Assembly: GCF_049075655.1 (NCBI RefSeq)
Contig: NZ_CP157522.1
Coordinates: forward strand, 128,001-192,000
From: Methanothermococcus sp. Ax23
GTDB taxonomy: Archaea; AGJL01; Methanococci; Methanococcales; Methanococcaceae
DNA length: 64,000 bases
Direction of reading: 5' to 3'
This document shows positions 19,788-30,752 of the stretch, piece by piece. Position numbers and translations under genes: made by a program. The notes beneath the pieces were generated by a model. It searched no databases. It saw only the letters and a list, made by a program, of their open reading frames with translations, and had not been told where the DNA came from. Within the stretch, counting starts at the first letter, position 1, and each line of letters begins with the position of its first letter.

Positions 19788-22700
19788 GTTAAAATCAGAC
19801 CATAGTGGGATGGAAATTCAAAGAAGGATGCAATAGGTAGGAAAATAGAAAGGGGTTAAAATCAGACCATAGTGGGATGGAAATCGTGAAAAGGATAATA
19901 TATATATATTAGCTCTATGGCGTTAAAATCAGACCATAGTGGGATGGAAATATATCAGTTGGATTCAGTATCAATTTTGGCGTTTGAAGTTAAAATCAGA
20001 CCATAGTGGGATGGAAATATCCAGCCTTTATCATCATTATATGTAATTCTCGGACGTTAAAATCAGACCATAGTGGGATGGAAATATTTAACATATGTAT
20101 AGGTACGCAATATACCAAATCCGTTAAAATCAGACCATAGTGGGATGGAAATGTTTTTCTTATGCTTTTGTTTTCCCAAAGCTTTGCTTTGTTAAAATCA
20201 GACCATAGTGGGATGGAAATATTCTTTTATATTTACTTCGTATATGTCTTTTTCAATGTTAAAATCAGACCATAGTGGGATGGAAATTTCTCTCTATTGT
20301 ATTACTATGGTAATACTAATATATAGTTAAAATCAGACCATAGTGGGATGGAAATCAAAATGTAAATGATGCCCTTAAATCCGTTTTAAAGGGTTAAAAT
20401 CAGACCATAGTGGGATGGAAATGCGTCATAGTCACACTTACATATAGTGTCTATATTTTGGTTAAAATCAGACCATAGTGGGATGGAAATAATGAAAGTG
20501 CGTCAAAATCAATTATTTCAATTTCGTTAAAATCAGACCATAGTGGGATGGAAATAAAAAGCGTATTAGACGATATTAATCTCAACATGTTAAAATCAGA
20601 CCATAGTGGGATGGAAATTTTTTTTCCAAAGTTAATTATAAATATTGTTTTTTTTAGTTAAAATCAGACCATAGTGGGATGGAAATTCGTCAGTTGGTTC
20701 AAGTGTTCCGTCCTCTATGGTTAAAATCAGACCATAGTGGGATGGAAATCAATAACTGCTTCATTAATTGTAATTGTAACATCTAGTTAAAATCAGACCA
20801 TAGTGGGGTGGAAATTTAAATCAAATACGATTATTGTATTGTTCTTTTGTAAAGTTAAAATCAGACCATAGTGGGATGGAAATTTTATAGGAGAGGGGTT
20901 TGTTTTTTCCCACACTCCCACGTTAAAATCAGACCATAGTGGGGTGGAAATTTAATTCGTCTAAGTTCATAATATCACCTTTCATTCATTCGTTAAAATC
21001 AGACCATAGTGGGATGGAAATTTTGATTCTTGGTTTATTATTCCAACATGTCCAGATTGTTAAAATCAGACCATAGTGGGGTGGAAATTTCATTATCCAA
21101 CAATAGCGTAATTGATGACGATTTAGTTAAAATCAGACCATAGTGGGATGGAAATAATATTGAGATTGTAGGGATGAGTAGTAGCATATCCCCGTTAAAA
21201 TCAGACCATAATGGAAATATAAAAACTGCAGAAGAAATATATAAACACTTGAAAAAGGTTAAAATCAGACCATAGTGGGATGGAAATTTTTATGACTGAA
21301 ACATATTCTTTTATGGTATATTTGTTAAAATCAGACCATAGTGGGATGGAAATAATATATTTTCATACTATTTAAACCTTACTAAAAAATAGTTAAAATC
21401 AGACCATAGTGGGATGGAAATTTTCATGAAGAAGAACTAAAAAATGATGAGGATTTAAGTTAAAATCAGACCATAGTGGGATGGAAATATTTATTGGCTC
21501 GCTTCGCTCGCCAATCAATAGGAACCTGTTAAAATCAGACCATAGTGGGATGGAAATTCTCTTGCGTATTTGTGGGGTGGTGGGGGTTCTCTTCCGTTAA
21601 AATCAGACCATAGTGGGATGGAAATCTATCTTATGGGGGTATTCTGGAATTACGAGAGTTTGTTAAAATCAGACCATAGTGGGATGGAAATTCAAAACAA
21701 GGTTGGGCTTTTGCCCTGACAATATATGAAGTTAAAATCAGACCATAGTGGGATGGAAATTAGGAAGTTTATTCGTTCTATTCTGATCGATAAACTCGTT
21801 AAAATCAGACCATAGTGGGATGGAAATTTTGGATGTTTAATTGAAAGTGGATTTATTAAAGTTAAAATCAGACCATAGTGGGATGGAAATATGGGAATGA
21901 GTTAAAATACTGCGTATTTGTTCTGAACGTTAAAATCAGACCATAGTGGGATGGAAATCATATAAAAAAAGCGGCAGAGATGAGGCTCACAGGTTTGTTA
22001 AAATCAGACCATAGTGGGATGGAAATTCATTAATTCAATAATGATGTTAGACTTTGTTTTTACCGTTAAAATCAGACCATAGTGGGATGGAAATGTTTGG
22101 ATCGTTGCCAGGATGAAAACAACAGTAGGTTAAAATCAGACCATAGTGGGATGGAAATGATGGTCCTGTTGAGTTTATTGGGTGATTGGGTGATTGTTAA
22201 AATCAGACCATAGTGGGATGGAAATACTGCATATCTTCGTCCTTGTTTTGCATTATCAATATAGTTAAAATCAGACCATAGTGGGATGGAAATATCTGTA
22301 ATTACGTAATCGATTAAATAGAAATCGTTAAAATCAGACCATAGTGGGATGGAAATCTAACAACGTTGTTGGTAAAATCATGGGATAATCCAAAGTTAAA
22401 ATCAGACCATAGTGGGATGGAAATTTTCTTTTAAAAATTCATGGTAGAGCCTGTGTGGTTAAAATCAGACCATAGTGGGATGGAAATTTTCTTTTAAAAA
22501 TTCATGGTAGAGCCTGTGTGGTTAAAATCAGACCATAGTGGGATGGAAAGTATTTTCAGATATTGGCGTTATTGTCAAATATTGAGAGGTTAAAATCAGA
22601 CCATAGTGGGATGGAAAGCGATTTGGGTATTGGCGGATTACTTGAGGGGGTGGTAGTTAAAATCAGACCATAGTGGGATGGAAATTCCTGCTGGTGCAAG

Positions 22701-23266
22701 GACAGTCATCAGGGGCTGTTGTGTTAAAATCAGACCATAGTGGGATGGAAATGGTGAAATGATACTAAACGCATTTAATTTTATATGGTTAAAATCAGAC
22801 CATAGTGGGATGGAAATATCGTCTGGCAATCTAGATAATATTTCTGCTGGGCAGTTAAAATCAGACCATAGTGGGATGGAAATTTGTCGTTCTTTATATT
22901 GTTAAAATCAGACCATAGTGGGATGGAAATTGATGTTGAACCAAGTAGCATTGAAGAATTCAAAGAGTTAAAATCAGACCATAGTGGGATGGAAATTATT
23001 TTGTTGAATACATTTTTATTTTTCGAGATAATTGTTAAAATCAGACCAAGTGGGATGGAAATAACTCAATAATTAACTTAACGGATAATGAATATAGAAA
23101 GTTAAAATCAGACCATAGTGGGATGGAAATAGAAATTATAGAGCGTATGGCAGATATACTTTTAGAGGAGTTAAAATCAGACCATAGTGGGATGGAAATA
23201 CGATATTGAATGCACAAGTAAGTTATGGAAGTTGGTGTTAAAATCAGACCATAGTGGGATGGAAAT
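19788..23266 (+). CRISPR. CRISPR array, 53 repeats / 52 spacers, 30-bp repeat GTTAAAATCAGACCATAGTGGGATGGAAAT
   Basis: Counted by eye; spacers mostly 33-40 nt; Methanococcales-type repeat ending GGAAAT. Confidence 0.98.
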
Positions 23267-23586
23267 AAAATCAAAGGATGGCAAGATAAATATTTACATT
23301 ACAGTTATAAATCATCTCTATGGAGTTTATTCAAATGAGCTCAGGACATATGGAAAAATACAAAATGTATAAAAAGGACTATAACAACCTAAGGCATACA
23401 ACAATAGTAGCTCACGGGTTTAAAGGGATAAAAAATTATTAAATAAAATGCTAACAGATAATCCAAATTAATAAAGATATTGATAAGTATTTCAAAACTA
23501 TTAAATCAGAATTCTTCAATATTGCAGACAAAGATGAATCGAATATATTTGACAAACTAAATGATGAGATAATATATAATCTATAA
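23267..23586 (+). pseudogene. 3' remnant of a Csm6/TIGR02710-like (CARF-)HEPN ribonuclease gene
   Basis: Fragments in shifting frames: ..NNLRHTTIVAHGFKGI.. (HEPN R-x-H motif) and ..ESNIFDKLNDEIIYNL*. Confidence 0.6.
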
Positions 23587-23771
23587 TATTTTTTTATTTT
23601 ATAGTTAAATAAACTAAAAAATCCCAATTTAATAAAAACCTTAAATTTTTACCTATTGGAATAGAAATTTTTTTATTGGCTATTCAAAATATTTTATATT
23701 TATGTTGAATATATGGAAAATCATAACCGAACCATCTCTAAGGTATAATTATAGTTTATTCAAGTGATAGC

Positions 23772-24683
23772 ATGCAATTTAAAGAAAAAGAAAAATTATT
23801 GGCAGAAATAATTAAAAAAATAAATAAAATAAGGAAGGATTTAAACCTAAAAAATACGAATTTTGAAATAGTGGATATAGATATAAAAACAAATAAAGAA
23901 AATGAATCTATATTTTTAATAATCTACGCTTTAACCCGTTCTGATAAATCCACAATCATAGGACCCGGAGGGTGGGTCGTTGGAAAATTAAGAGAAGATT
24001 TAAAACACCAATTTGACAAAAATTTAATAATAAGAGTAGAAAACTATATTGATAAAATTATATTAAAAGAAAAAAAGGAAGAAGCAATTTTATTTTTAAA
24101 CAAAATCGGATTAAAAAAAGGTCAAAAAATAATGGTTTTAGTTCAATGCGATTATGATTTATCCATTTTGGATTTCTTGAAAAGATATTTTAATGTATAT
24201 GCCGTATCTTTGGATATTGGAACTGTTGTATTACCCCCAAATAATAAAAAGATAATTGAAGATTATTTCATAAGCAATAACATACCTTATAATTTTATAA
24301 AACCTGTTGAATTAAGTAGAAAAGACATACTGGACGCATTAAATGATTATCCCTGTGATATCATCTGTGGTAATATGAACAAATACCTTATAAAGGAATG
24401 TGTGGATAAAAATATAAAATACATTATAAATAATCACATATCCGAGAATTACAAAAAAGATGAATCCACTGGAACACATATTTTAAATTTTTTAAATTTA
24501 TTTCCATTGAAAAGAAACTCTTTAAGAAACCCTTACCTAAACTGTCCTTTAATGATACAATCCTGCAAAAAAAATAATAATATAAAAATAAAATTGATAA
24601 ACAAAATAGTGTCAAATACATACGATGGATTAATCGAGCCAACAGAAGGTTCTGAAAAAATTATGAAAATAATAAATTCATAA
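23772..24683 (+). CDS. KH-like domain plus degenerate PP-loop ATPase family protein
   Basis: RSDKSTIIGPGGWVVGKLRE KH-like motif; PCxxxC and CPL; canonical SGGxDS missing. Confidence 0.6.
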   Translation: MQFKEKEKLLAEIIKKINKIRKDLNLKNTNFEIVDIDIKTNKENESIFLIIYALTRSDKSTIIGPGGWVVGKLREDLKHQFDKNLIIRVENYIDKIILKEKKEEAILFLNKIGLKKGQKIMVLVQCDYDLSILDFLKRYFNVYAVSLDIGTVVLPPNNKKIIEDYFISNNIPYNFIKPVELSRKDILDALNDYPCDIICGNMNKYLIKECVDKNIKYIINNHISENYKKDESTGTHILNFLNLFPLKRNSLRNPYLNCPLMIQSCKKNNNIKIKLINKIVSNTYDGLIEPTEGSEKIMKIINS

Positions 24684-24772
24684 AATTTAACCATATTATT
24701 TATCATAAAACTAATTATAATTCATATTATAATTATATTTATATAATTTATTCCAAACATACTGGTGATTTC

Positions 24773-25561
24773 ATGATTATTACCATAGCCTCTGGAAAGG
24801 GTGGCGTAGGAAAAACTACAACTTCTGCAAACTTAGGGGTTGCACTATCAAAAATTGGAAAAAAAACCCTTATTGTAGATGGGGACATTTCAATGGCTAA
24901 TTTAGGTTTAATATTTAATTTTGAAAAAAAGAGACCTTCATTACATGATGTTCTTTCGGGAGAATGTGATGTAAAGGATGCAATATATAAACATAAAACC
25001 GGAGCTCACATACTACCTACAAGTTTATCAATAGAAGGATATAAAAAATCTGATTTGGATTTATTTCCCGAAGTTATATCCGATGTTGCCGATGACTACG
25101 ACTATGTAATAATAGATGCACCGGCTGGATTAAACAGGGACATGGCCATCCATTTGGCAATAGCAGATAAGGTTTTAATTGTTCTAACACCTGAGCTCTT
25201 TTCAATAGCCGATGGAATTAAAATAAAACAAAGTAGTGAAATGGCAGGAACTTCAATATTGGGTGCTGTTTTAAATAGAACTGGAAGAGATTTTGGAGAA
25301 ATGGGGATTGATGAAATTGAAATGATTGTTAATGAAAAAGTTATTAGCACCATACCTGAGGATGAGAATATAAGAAATGCCACATTGAAAAGAATGAGTG
25401 TAATTGAGTATTCTCCAAAATCCCCGTCATCAAAGGCATATATGGAGCTAGCACTTAAAATTATTGGCTCTTATGTAGATATGAATAAAATTGAAGAAGT
25501 TTATAATAAAAGTTTTATTGATAAAGTAAAAAGGATTTTTTTAAGATTTAAAAATAAATAA
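24773..25561 (+). CDS. minD: MinD family ATPase
   Basis: SGKGGVGKTT, DGDISMANL and IDAPAG motifs. Confidence 0.9.
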   Translation: MIITIASGKGGVGKTTTSANLGVALSKIGKKTLIVDGDISMANLGLIFNFEKKRPSLHDVLSGECDVKDAIYKHKTGAHILPTSLSIEGYKKSDLDLFPEVISDVADDYDYVIIDAPAGLNRDMAIHLAIADKVLIVLTPELFSIADGIKIKQSSEMAGTSILGAVLNRTGRDFGEMGIDEIEMIVNEKVISTIPEDENIRNATLKRMSVIEYSPKSPSSKAYMELALKIIGSYVDMNKIEEVYNKSFIDKVKRIFLRFKNK

Positions 25562-25601
25562 TAATAATATTTATATATTATTATTTAAAAAAAGGTGTAG
25601 C

Positions 25602-26171
25602 ATGATTAATAATACCCCATATAAAGAAGAATTTAAAATAGTTTTGATAGGTCCAGAAAATTCTGGAAAATCGGCACTCTTGAATGCTATTTTTGGAAGG
25701 TATATCTCAAATGTTTCGGAAGTTGGAGGAACTACGAAGAGACCAGTAAAAAAGTTTTGGGGAAAATTAAAATACGGTAAGTCAAAAAAGGAGCCGAAAA
25801 TTGCAAATATATCCTTCGTAGATTTAGGCGGGCTTTATGCAGGTGAAAAAAAATCTCCAATAATGGTTGGAAAAATTCTCGAAGAGACTTATAAGGAGAT
25901 GGAAAAGGCAGATATAATCATCCATGTTGTCGATGGAGAAAAAGGTCTATCAAAAAGCTTTGAAAAACTTCATCATTTACTTAAATATCGATACCAAAAG
26001 CCCATTATAGTTGTTATCAATAAATGTGATTTACTTGATAACAATAAAAGAGATTATTTAAAAAATCATATTGAAGAAAGACTGGAAAATAAGGTTATTT
26101 TTACATCAACAATAACCTATGAAGGCATTACAAATCTAATTGATACCATTATAAAATTCCTAAAAAAGTGA
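25602..26171 (+). CDS. small Era-like GTP-binding protein
   Basis: GPENSGKS, GTT, DLGG and NKCD G-motifs. Confidence 0.85.
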   Translation: MINNTPYKEEFKIVLIGPENSGKSALLNAIFGRYISNVSEVGGTTKRPVKKFWGKLKYGKSKKEPKIANISFVDLGGLYAGEKKSPIMVGKILEETYKEMEKADIIIHVVDGEKGLSKSFEKLHHLLKYRYQKPIIVVINKCDLLDNNKRDYLKNHIEERLENKVIFTSTITYEGITNLIDTIIKFLKK

Positions 26172-26217
26172 ATTAAATAATTATTATATATGATAAAAGT
26201 AGTTATATGGTGAAAAT

Positions 26218-26646
26218 ATGGTATTTGAATCAATAAAGGAGTTAATTAAAGGAGGAACAAATAATAAACCAAAATTAGAAACTAGCCCAGTAGCAATTGA
26301 GGATTATGTCGAAGTTCCTGTTAAGATTCATGATGACAGCAATATTATAAAAATAAAGGTTTGCGAGCTCGATGATTATAGGGATGCCACAGACATATCT
26401 GTAATGATTGATGCAGGATATATTGTTATTGCAAATACCATAAATTTAGAAAGAGATATGGACGAGGATTACGCAAAATTGCTGGCATATTTGAAGAATA
26501 AAGTTTCAGAATGTGATGGAACAGTAATTAAAGTATGTGAAAGTAAAATAATGGCAGTTCCCAACAATGTGGTAATTGAAAAATTAATTAAAGAACCTGA
26601 GGAAGCATCTGAAATAGAAGGTAGCGAGGAATGGGAGATAAAATAA
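26218..26646 (+). CDS. sepF: cell division protein SepF
   Basis: IKVCELDDY..GYIVIAN..IMAVPNNV resembles archaeal SepF. Confidence 0.75.
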   Translation: MVFESIKELIKGGTNNKPKLETSPVAIEDYVEVPVKIHDDSNIIKIKVCELDDYRDATDISVMIDAGYIVIANTINLERDMDEDYAKLLAYLKNKVSECDGTVIKVCESKIMAVPNNVVIEKLIKEPEEASEIEGSEEWEIK

Positions 26647-26661
26647 AAAAGAGAGGAAAAA

Positions 26662-27525
26662 ATGGAAGATATTCACATAATGGAGGCTCTTGGGAAATCT
26701 AAGGTGGTTGTAAAAAATGGGAAAGTTGTTGAAGTTGGAGAACCTTTGATAAGGTATTGTCCATTGTTTGCAAAACATAGGGGCATGGATGAATTAAATA
26801 AAGAAACCATTAAAAAGAATATAGAATTTAGAATAAAAGATTTTGGATTATTTACAGAAAATAGGGTTGTTGAATCCAGGGAATGCATAGTTGGATTTGG
26901 AACGTCAGAGATATTCATGACTGCATTGAAAAATAAATTGCTTGATGCCGTGGTGATTGTTAGCGACTGTGCTGGAACAGTAATAACAAATAATCCATAT
27001 CTAGTTCAGGGGTTGTGTGGGCGAATATCTGGAATAATAAAAACTACGCCAATTCCAAAAGTTATTGAAAAAATAGAAAATGCTGGCGGCGTTGTGTTAA
27101 ATAAGGATAATGCAGAAATCAACCAATATAAGGGAGTTGAACGGGCATTGGAATTAGGTTATAAAAAAATAGGAGTAAGCATTGCCAATTTGGAAGATGC
27201 TAAAAAAATTAAAGAATTGGAAAAAACATTTGCTGAAAAATCTGTAAAAATTATAACCTTTGGCGTTCATACAACAGGGTATAATAAACCAGATGTTGAA
27301 AAATATTTGAAATACCTTGATTTAACCACGTGCTGTGCTTCAAAAGGTGTTTTGGAAGCAGTAAAAGGACATGTGAAGGTTCAAGTGGGAAAATCTGTTC
27401 CAATATTTGCACTTACTCAGTATGGGAAAGAATTAATATTGGAAAGAATGGAGGAATTGGAAAGACCGATATTGATTACACCTCATGATGAGCTCCCAGA
27501 TGTTAAAGGTAATTTTTATATCTAA
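26662..27525 (+). CDS. methanogenesis marker protein 8 (DUF2099)
   Basis: HIMEALG, YCPLF, FGTSE, DCAGTV, GRISG and GVHTTG motifs. Confidence 0.85.
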   Translation: MEDIHIMEALGKSKVVVKNGKVVEVGEPLIRYCPLFAKHRGMDELNKETIKKNIEFRIKDFGLFTENRVVESRECIVGFGTSEIFMTALKNKLLDAVVIVSDCAGTVITNNPYLVQGLCGRISGIIKTTPIPKVIEKIENAGGVVLNKDNAEINQYKGVERALELGYKKIGVSIANLEDAKKIKELEKTFAEKSVKIITFGVHTTGYNKPDVEKYLKYLDLTTCCASKGVLEAVKGHVKVQVGKSVPIFALTQYGKELILERMEELERPILITPHDELPDVKGNFYI

Positions 27526-27586
27526 GTGAATTACTCTTTTACTTTTATTTTCAATTGTATTAAATTTAATAATTATTTATTTTTCA

Positions 27587-27656
27587 TTATTTTTATCAAA
27601 TATATACTTGAATACAGCTTTTTGAGCGTGTAATATAATTTCCAGCGCAACCTTTA
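27587..27656 (-). repeat. diverged duplicate of the argF 3' end
   Basis: About 65 bp matching about 27720-27779, with mainly synonymous-position differences. Confidence 0.85.
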
Positions 27657-27719
27657 AAAAAGGTTGCATCCAAAGTCCAATACTCACTATCGCTCGTATT
27701 GGAACCTAAAATTGAACAT

Positions 27720-28637
27720 TTACTTTTTATCAAATATATACTTAAACACAGCCTTTTGAGCGTGTAATCTATTTTCAGCTTCATCATAAACAACAGATTG
27801 TTCTCCATCAATTACATCATCAGTTATTTCCATTCCCCTATTTGCAGGAAGGCAGTGCATTACAATAGCATCATTTTTTGCATAACTTAATAGTTTTTCA
27901 TTTATTTGGTAAGGTGGGAATGTTCTTTTGACTTCTTCCAAATCTTTGTTTTTATCACTCATACTTATCCATACATCTGTGTATAATACATCAGCATCTT
28001 CTGCCCCTTCTTTTGGGTCATTTGTTAGTGTTATGCTACCTTCTCCGTATTTATCCACTATTTCCAATGCCTTTTTTACAAACATTGCATTTGGTTCATA
28101 ACCTTCTGGTGTGGCAGCATACACATCCATTCCAAGCAGAGCTCCGCCAATCAATAGGGAATTACACACATTGTTTCCATCACCAAAATAAGATAATTTA
28201 AGACCCTTTAATTTGTTTTTATGTTCCTTTATTGTTAAGAGGTCTGCCAATATCTGACATGGATGTGCCAAATTACTCAATGCATTAATTACAGGAACAT
28301 CGCCGTATTTTGCCAGTTCTTCAAGTGTTTTATGATTCTTAACTCTTGCAACAATTCCATCCACATATCTGCTCATTACCTTTGCAGTGTCTTTTATACT
28401 CTCTTTTTTTCCCAGGTGGGTTTCTCCGGTATTGAGCATTAAAGAATGTCCCCCCAACTCATTTACTGCAATATCAAAACTTATTCTCGTCCTTGTTGAG
28501 GGACTTTCAAATATTAATGCTATATTTTTATCTTTTAATATATCCTCGGTTTTTCTATTCTCTTTAAAATAAATGGCGTCTTTAATAATATTTTCAACAT
28601 CATTTCTCTCTAAATCTCCCAAAGTTAATAAATGCAT
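27720..28637 (-). CDS. argF: ornithine carbamoyltransferase
   Basis: STRTR, HPCQ, DVWISM and HCLP motifs. Confidence 0.96.
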   Translation of the reverse strand: MHLLTLGDLERNDVENIIKDAIYFKENRKTEDILKDKNIALIFESPSTRTRISFDIAVNELGGHSLMLNTGETHLGKKESIKDTAKVMSRYVDGIVARVKNHKTLEELAKYGDVPVINALSNLAHPCQILADLLTIKEHKNKLKGLKLSYFGDGNNVCNSLLIGGALLGMDVYAATPEGYEPNAMFVKKALEIVDKYGEGSITLTNDPKEGAEDADVLYTDVWISMSDKNKDLEEVKRTFPPYQINEKLLSYAKNDAIVMHCLPANRGMEITDDVIDGEQSVVYDEAENRLHAQKAVFKYIFDKK

Positions 28638-28790
28638 AATATCACCCTCATGAACATGAAAAACATAATCTAAACATATTTGAGATTATTTTATTTAACT
28701 ATCATTATATTTAAAACTTGTTAATATAAAAGCATTCGATTTTCAAAACCACGAAGATTTTTAAGACCTCACTTAAAAATAAAATAAATA

Positions 28791-30719
28791 TTAGTTTATT
28801 GGAATAATTATATGGAATATACTTCCATTACCCAAGTTACTTTCTACCCAGATAGTTCCACCATGGGCTTCTATGATACTTTTGCACACTGCCAAACCCA
28901 ATCCAGAACCGCCTTTTATCCGTTTTGCAGGGGAATCCACCTGGTAGAATCTATCAAATATCCTATCTAAATCTCTCTTAGGTATGCCCGGACCGTTGTC
29001 TATAACCTTCATATGGATAGAATTGCCCTCTTTTAATACTTGAATTTCCACTTTTTCATTTATGGGTGAAAATTTTATGGCATTTTCAATTAAATTGGTT
29101 AAAACCTGAGTTATTCGGTCTTTATCACCATTTAGAACCATATCATTTATTTTATATATTATTTTAATATTTTTTTCATCTGCAAGTGGTTTTAAGGTAT
29201 CAACAACATCTTCCACGAGCTCCTTTAAATTTATCTTTTCCATTTGCATTTCTAATTCTCCACGCTCTATTTTGGATAAATCAAGCATGTTATCTATTAA
29301 TCTTTTTAATCTATCGATGTTTTCATTTGCAATTTCAAGGCATTTTCTCTGGGTTTCAGTAATCGCCCCCATTGTTCCATCCAACACGAGCTCTACATAT
29401 CCCTTTATTGAAGTTAATGGTGTTCTCAACTCATGAGATACTATTGCTACGATGTCTGATTTTAATTTATCCAATTCTTTCAATTCATTGTAGGATTTTT
29501 CCAATTCTTCCGCCTGTTTTTTGAGTTTCTCATTGGATTTTCTTATCTCATCAGCCATTTTATTAAATGCTTTGGCAAGTTCTCCAAATTCATCGTTTGT
29601 ATCTACATGAACTCTAAAATCATAGTTTCCGTTACCTATCATCTCTGCTCCTTTTTTTAGCTCTTCAAGAGGTTTTGTAATCTTTCCATTTATTACAAAA
29701 GACACCATTAGAGCTATTAGAAGCCCTAATATTCCAACTCCAAGTATAAGATTTTTTATACTGTTTTGAAGAACTATAAATGGCTTTTTAGGCATTCCCA
29801 CATACAACATCCCTATAATTTCATCATTGCTATTTTTTATTGGCTTATATGCAGTTAAATACCAGTCATTAACAACAAAAGCCATCCCATAATAAGTTTC
29901 TCCATTTTTTATAACTTTATCATACACTTCCTTTGAAACAAAGGTTCCAATAGCTCTTTTATTATCGTCCTGAACATTTGTGGATATTCTAAGACCATCC
30001 AAAAATATCGTTGCAGTATCTTTTGTAGCCTCCTTTATCTTATCTACAAAAGAGTTGTCTTTGTTCAGAATTTTTGATACCATTATTGCTCCAATAATAT
30101 TTCCATCTTCATCTCTAATAGGTTTAATGGATACCAGTGCGAGAGCTCTTGTTTCCACAGATTTATTTATAATTGGGTGTCCTGAAATTGATTCATAATC
30201 CACACCTGTTTTAATAATATCTATTTTTGTTTTATTTTCAATATTCTCCTTTTTTACAGTATTTTCATCTAATATTTCAATAGATGATATACTTTTCCCA
30301 TCAAGTGCTTTTTTTACAAGTGGCAAGAGCTCAGTATCATTTGTTATATCGCTGTTTGACCTTACCACAACATGCCCATTACTGTTGAATATTGTTGCAA
30401 AATCAGCATCTCCTGATTTTTTTGTTAGTATGGCGATTTCTTTTAATTTTGAAATATTATTATTTTTAAGTGCAGTTATTGTATCTTTTGAATTGGCAGA
30501 ATACTGACATACCGTAGATAATTTATCAATCTGGTCTGCCATAAAACCTTCGGCAGTATGTAAATCAGTGTTTATTTTTTCCTGAGCCTGTTCATTCATA
30601 GTTTTTGTTATAATATCTGTTGATACCATCCCCAAAATCAATATGGGTATTAATGCAACAACTATTGAATAAATTGTTAATTTTGTTCCAAATTTTTTTA
30701 TGGCAGGTAATTTGCCCAT
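28791..30719 (-). CDS. membrane sensor histidine kinase (Cache-HAMP-HisKA-HATPase)
   Basis: Two TM segments, HAMP (DEFGELAKAFN), SHELRTPL, NLIENAIKF, GSGLGL. Confidence 0.92.
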   Translation of the reverse strand: MGKLPAIKKFGTKLTIYSIVVALIPILILGMVSTDIITKTMNEQAQEKINTDLHTAEGFMADQIDKLSTVCQYSANSKDTITALKNNNISKLKEIAILTKKSGDADFATIFNSNGHVVVRSNSDITNDTELLPLVKKALDGKSISSIEILDENTVKKENIENKTKIDIIKTGVDYESISGHPIINKSVETRALALVSIKPIRDEDGNIIGAIMVSKILNKDNSFVDKIKEATKDTATIFLDGLRISTNVQDDNKRAIGTFVSKEVYDKVIKNGETYYGMAFVVNDWYLTAYKPIKNSNDEIIGMLYVGMPKKPFIVLQNSIKNLILGVGILGLLIALMVSFVINGKITKPLEELKKGAEMIGNGNYDFRVHVDTNDEFGELAKAFNKMADEIRKSNEKLKKQAEELEKSYNELKELDKLKSDIVAIVSHELRTPLTSIKGYVELVLDGTMGAITETQRKCLEIANENIDRLKRLIDNMLDLSKIERGELEMQMEKINLKELVEDVVDTLKPLADEKNIKIIYKINDMVLNGDKDRITQVLTNLIENAIKFSPINEKVEIQVLKEGNSIHMKVIDNGPGIPKRDLDRIFDRFYQVDSPAKRIKGGSGLGLAVCKSIIEAHGGTIWVESNLGNGSIFHIIIPIN

Positions 30720-30752
30720 ATTTACACCTGATATATATCTATCTTATTTCAG

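Noticed and set aside
21899-21912. GTTAAAATAC inside spacer 32, resembling the repeat start
   Set aside because: An 8-bp AT-rich match is expected by chance
19788-23266. Self-targeting spacers within the window
   Set aside because: No exact match noticed by eye; a real search is needed
22638-23274. Short ORFs with repeated ISIPLWSDFN / LKSDHSGMEI peptides
   Set aside because: These are translations of CRISPR repeats
23303-23336. GTTATAAATCATCTCTATGGAG.. one spacer length after the last repeat, as a degenerate terminal repeat
   Set aside because: Similarity is weak beyond the first bases, and the region reads better as the decayed HEPN gene; cannot be fully excluded
28735-28765. AAAACCACGAAGATTTT between argF and the histidine kinase, as a micro-element
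   Set aside because: Stem too imperfect to support without a model
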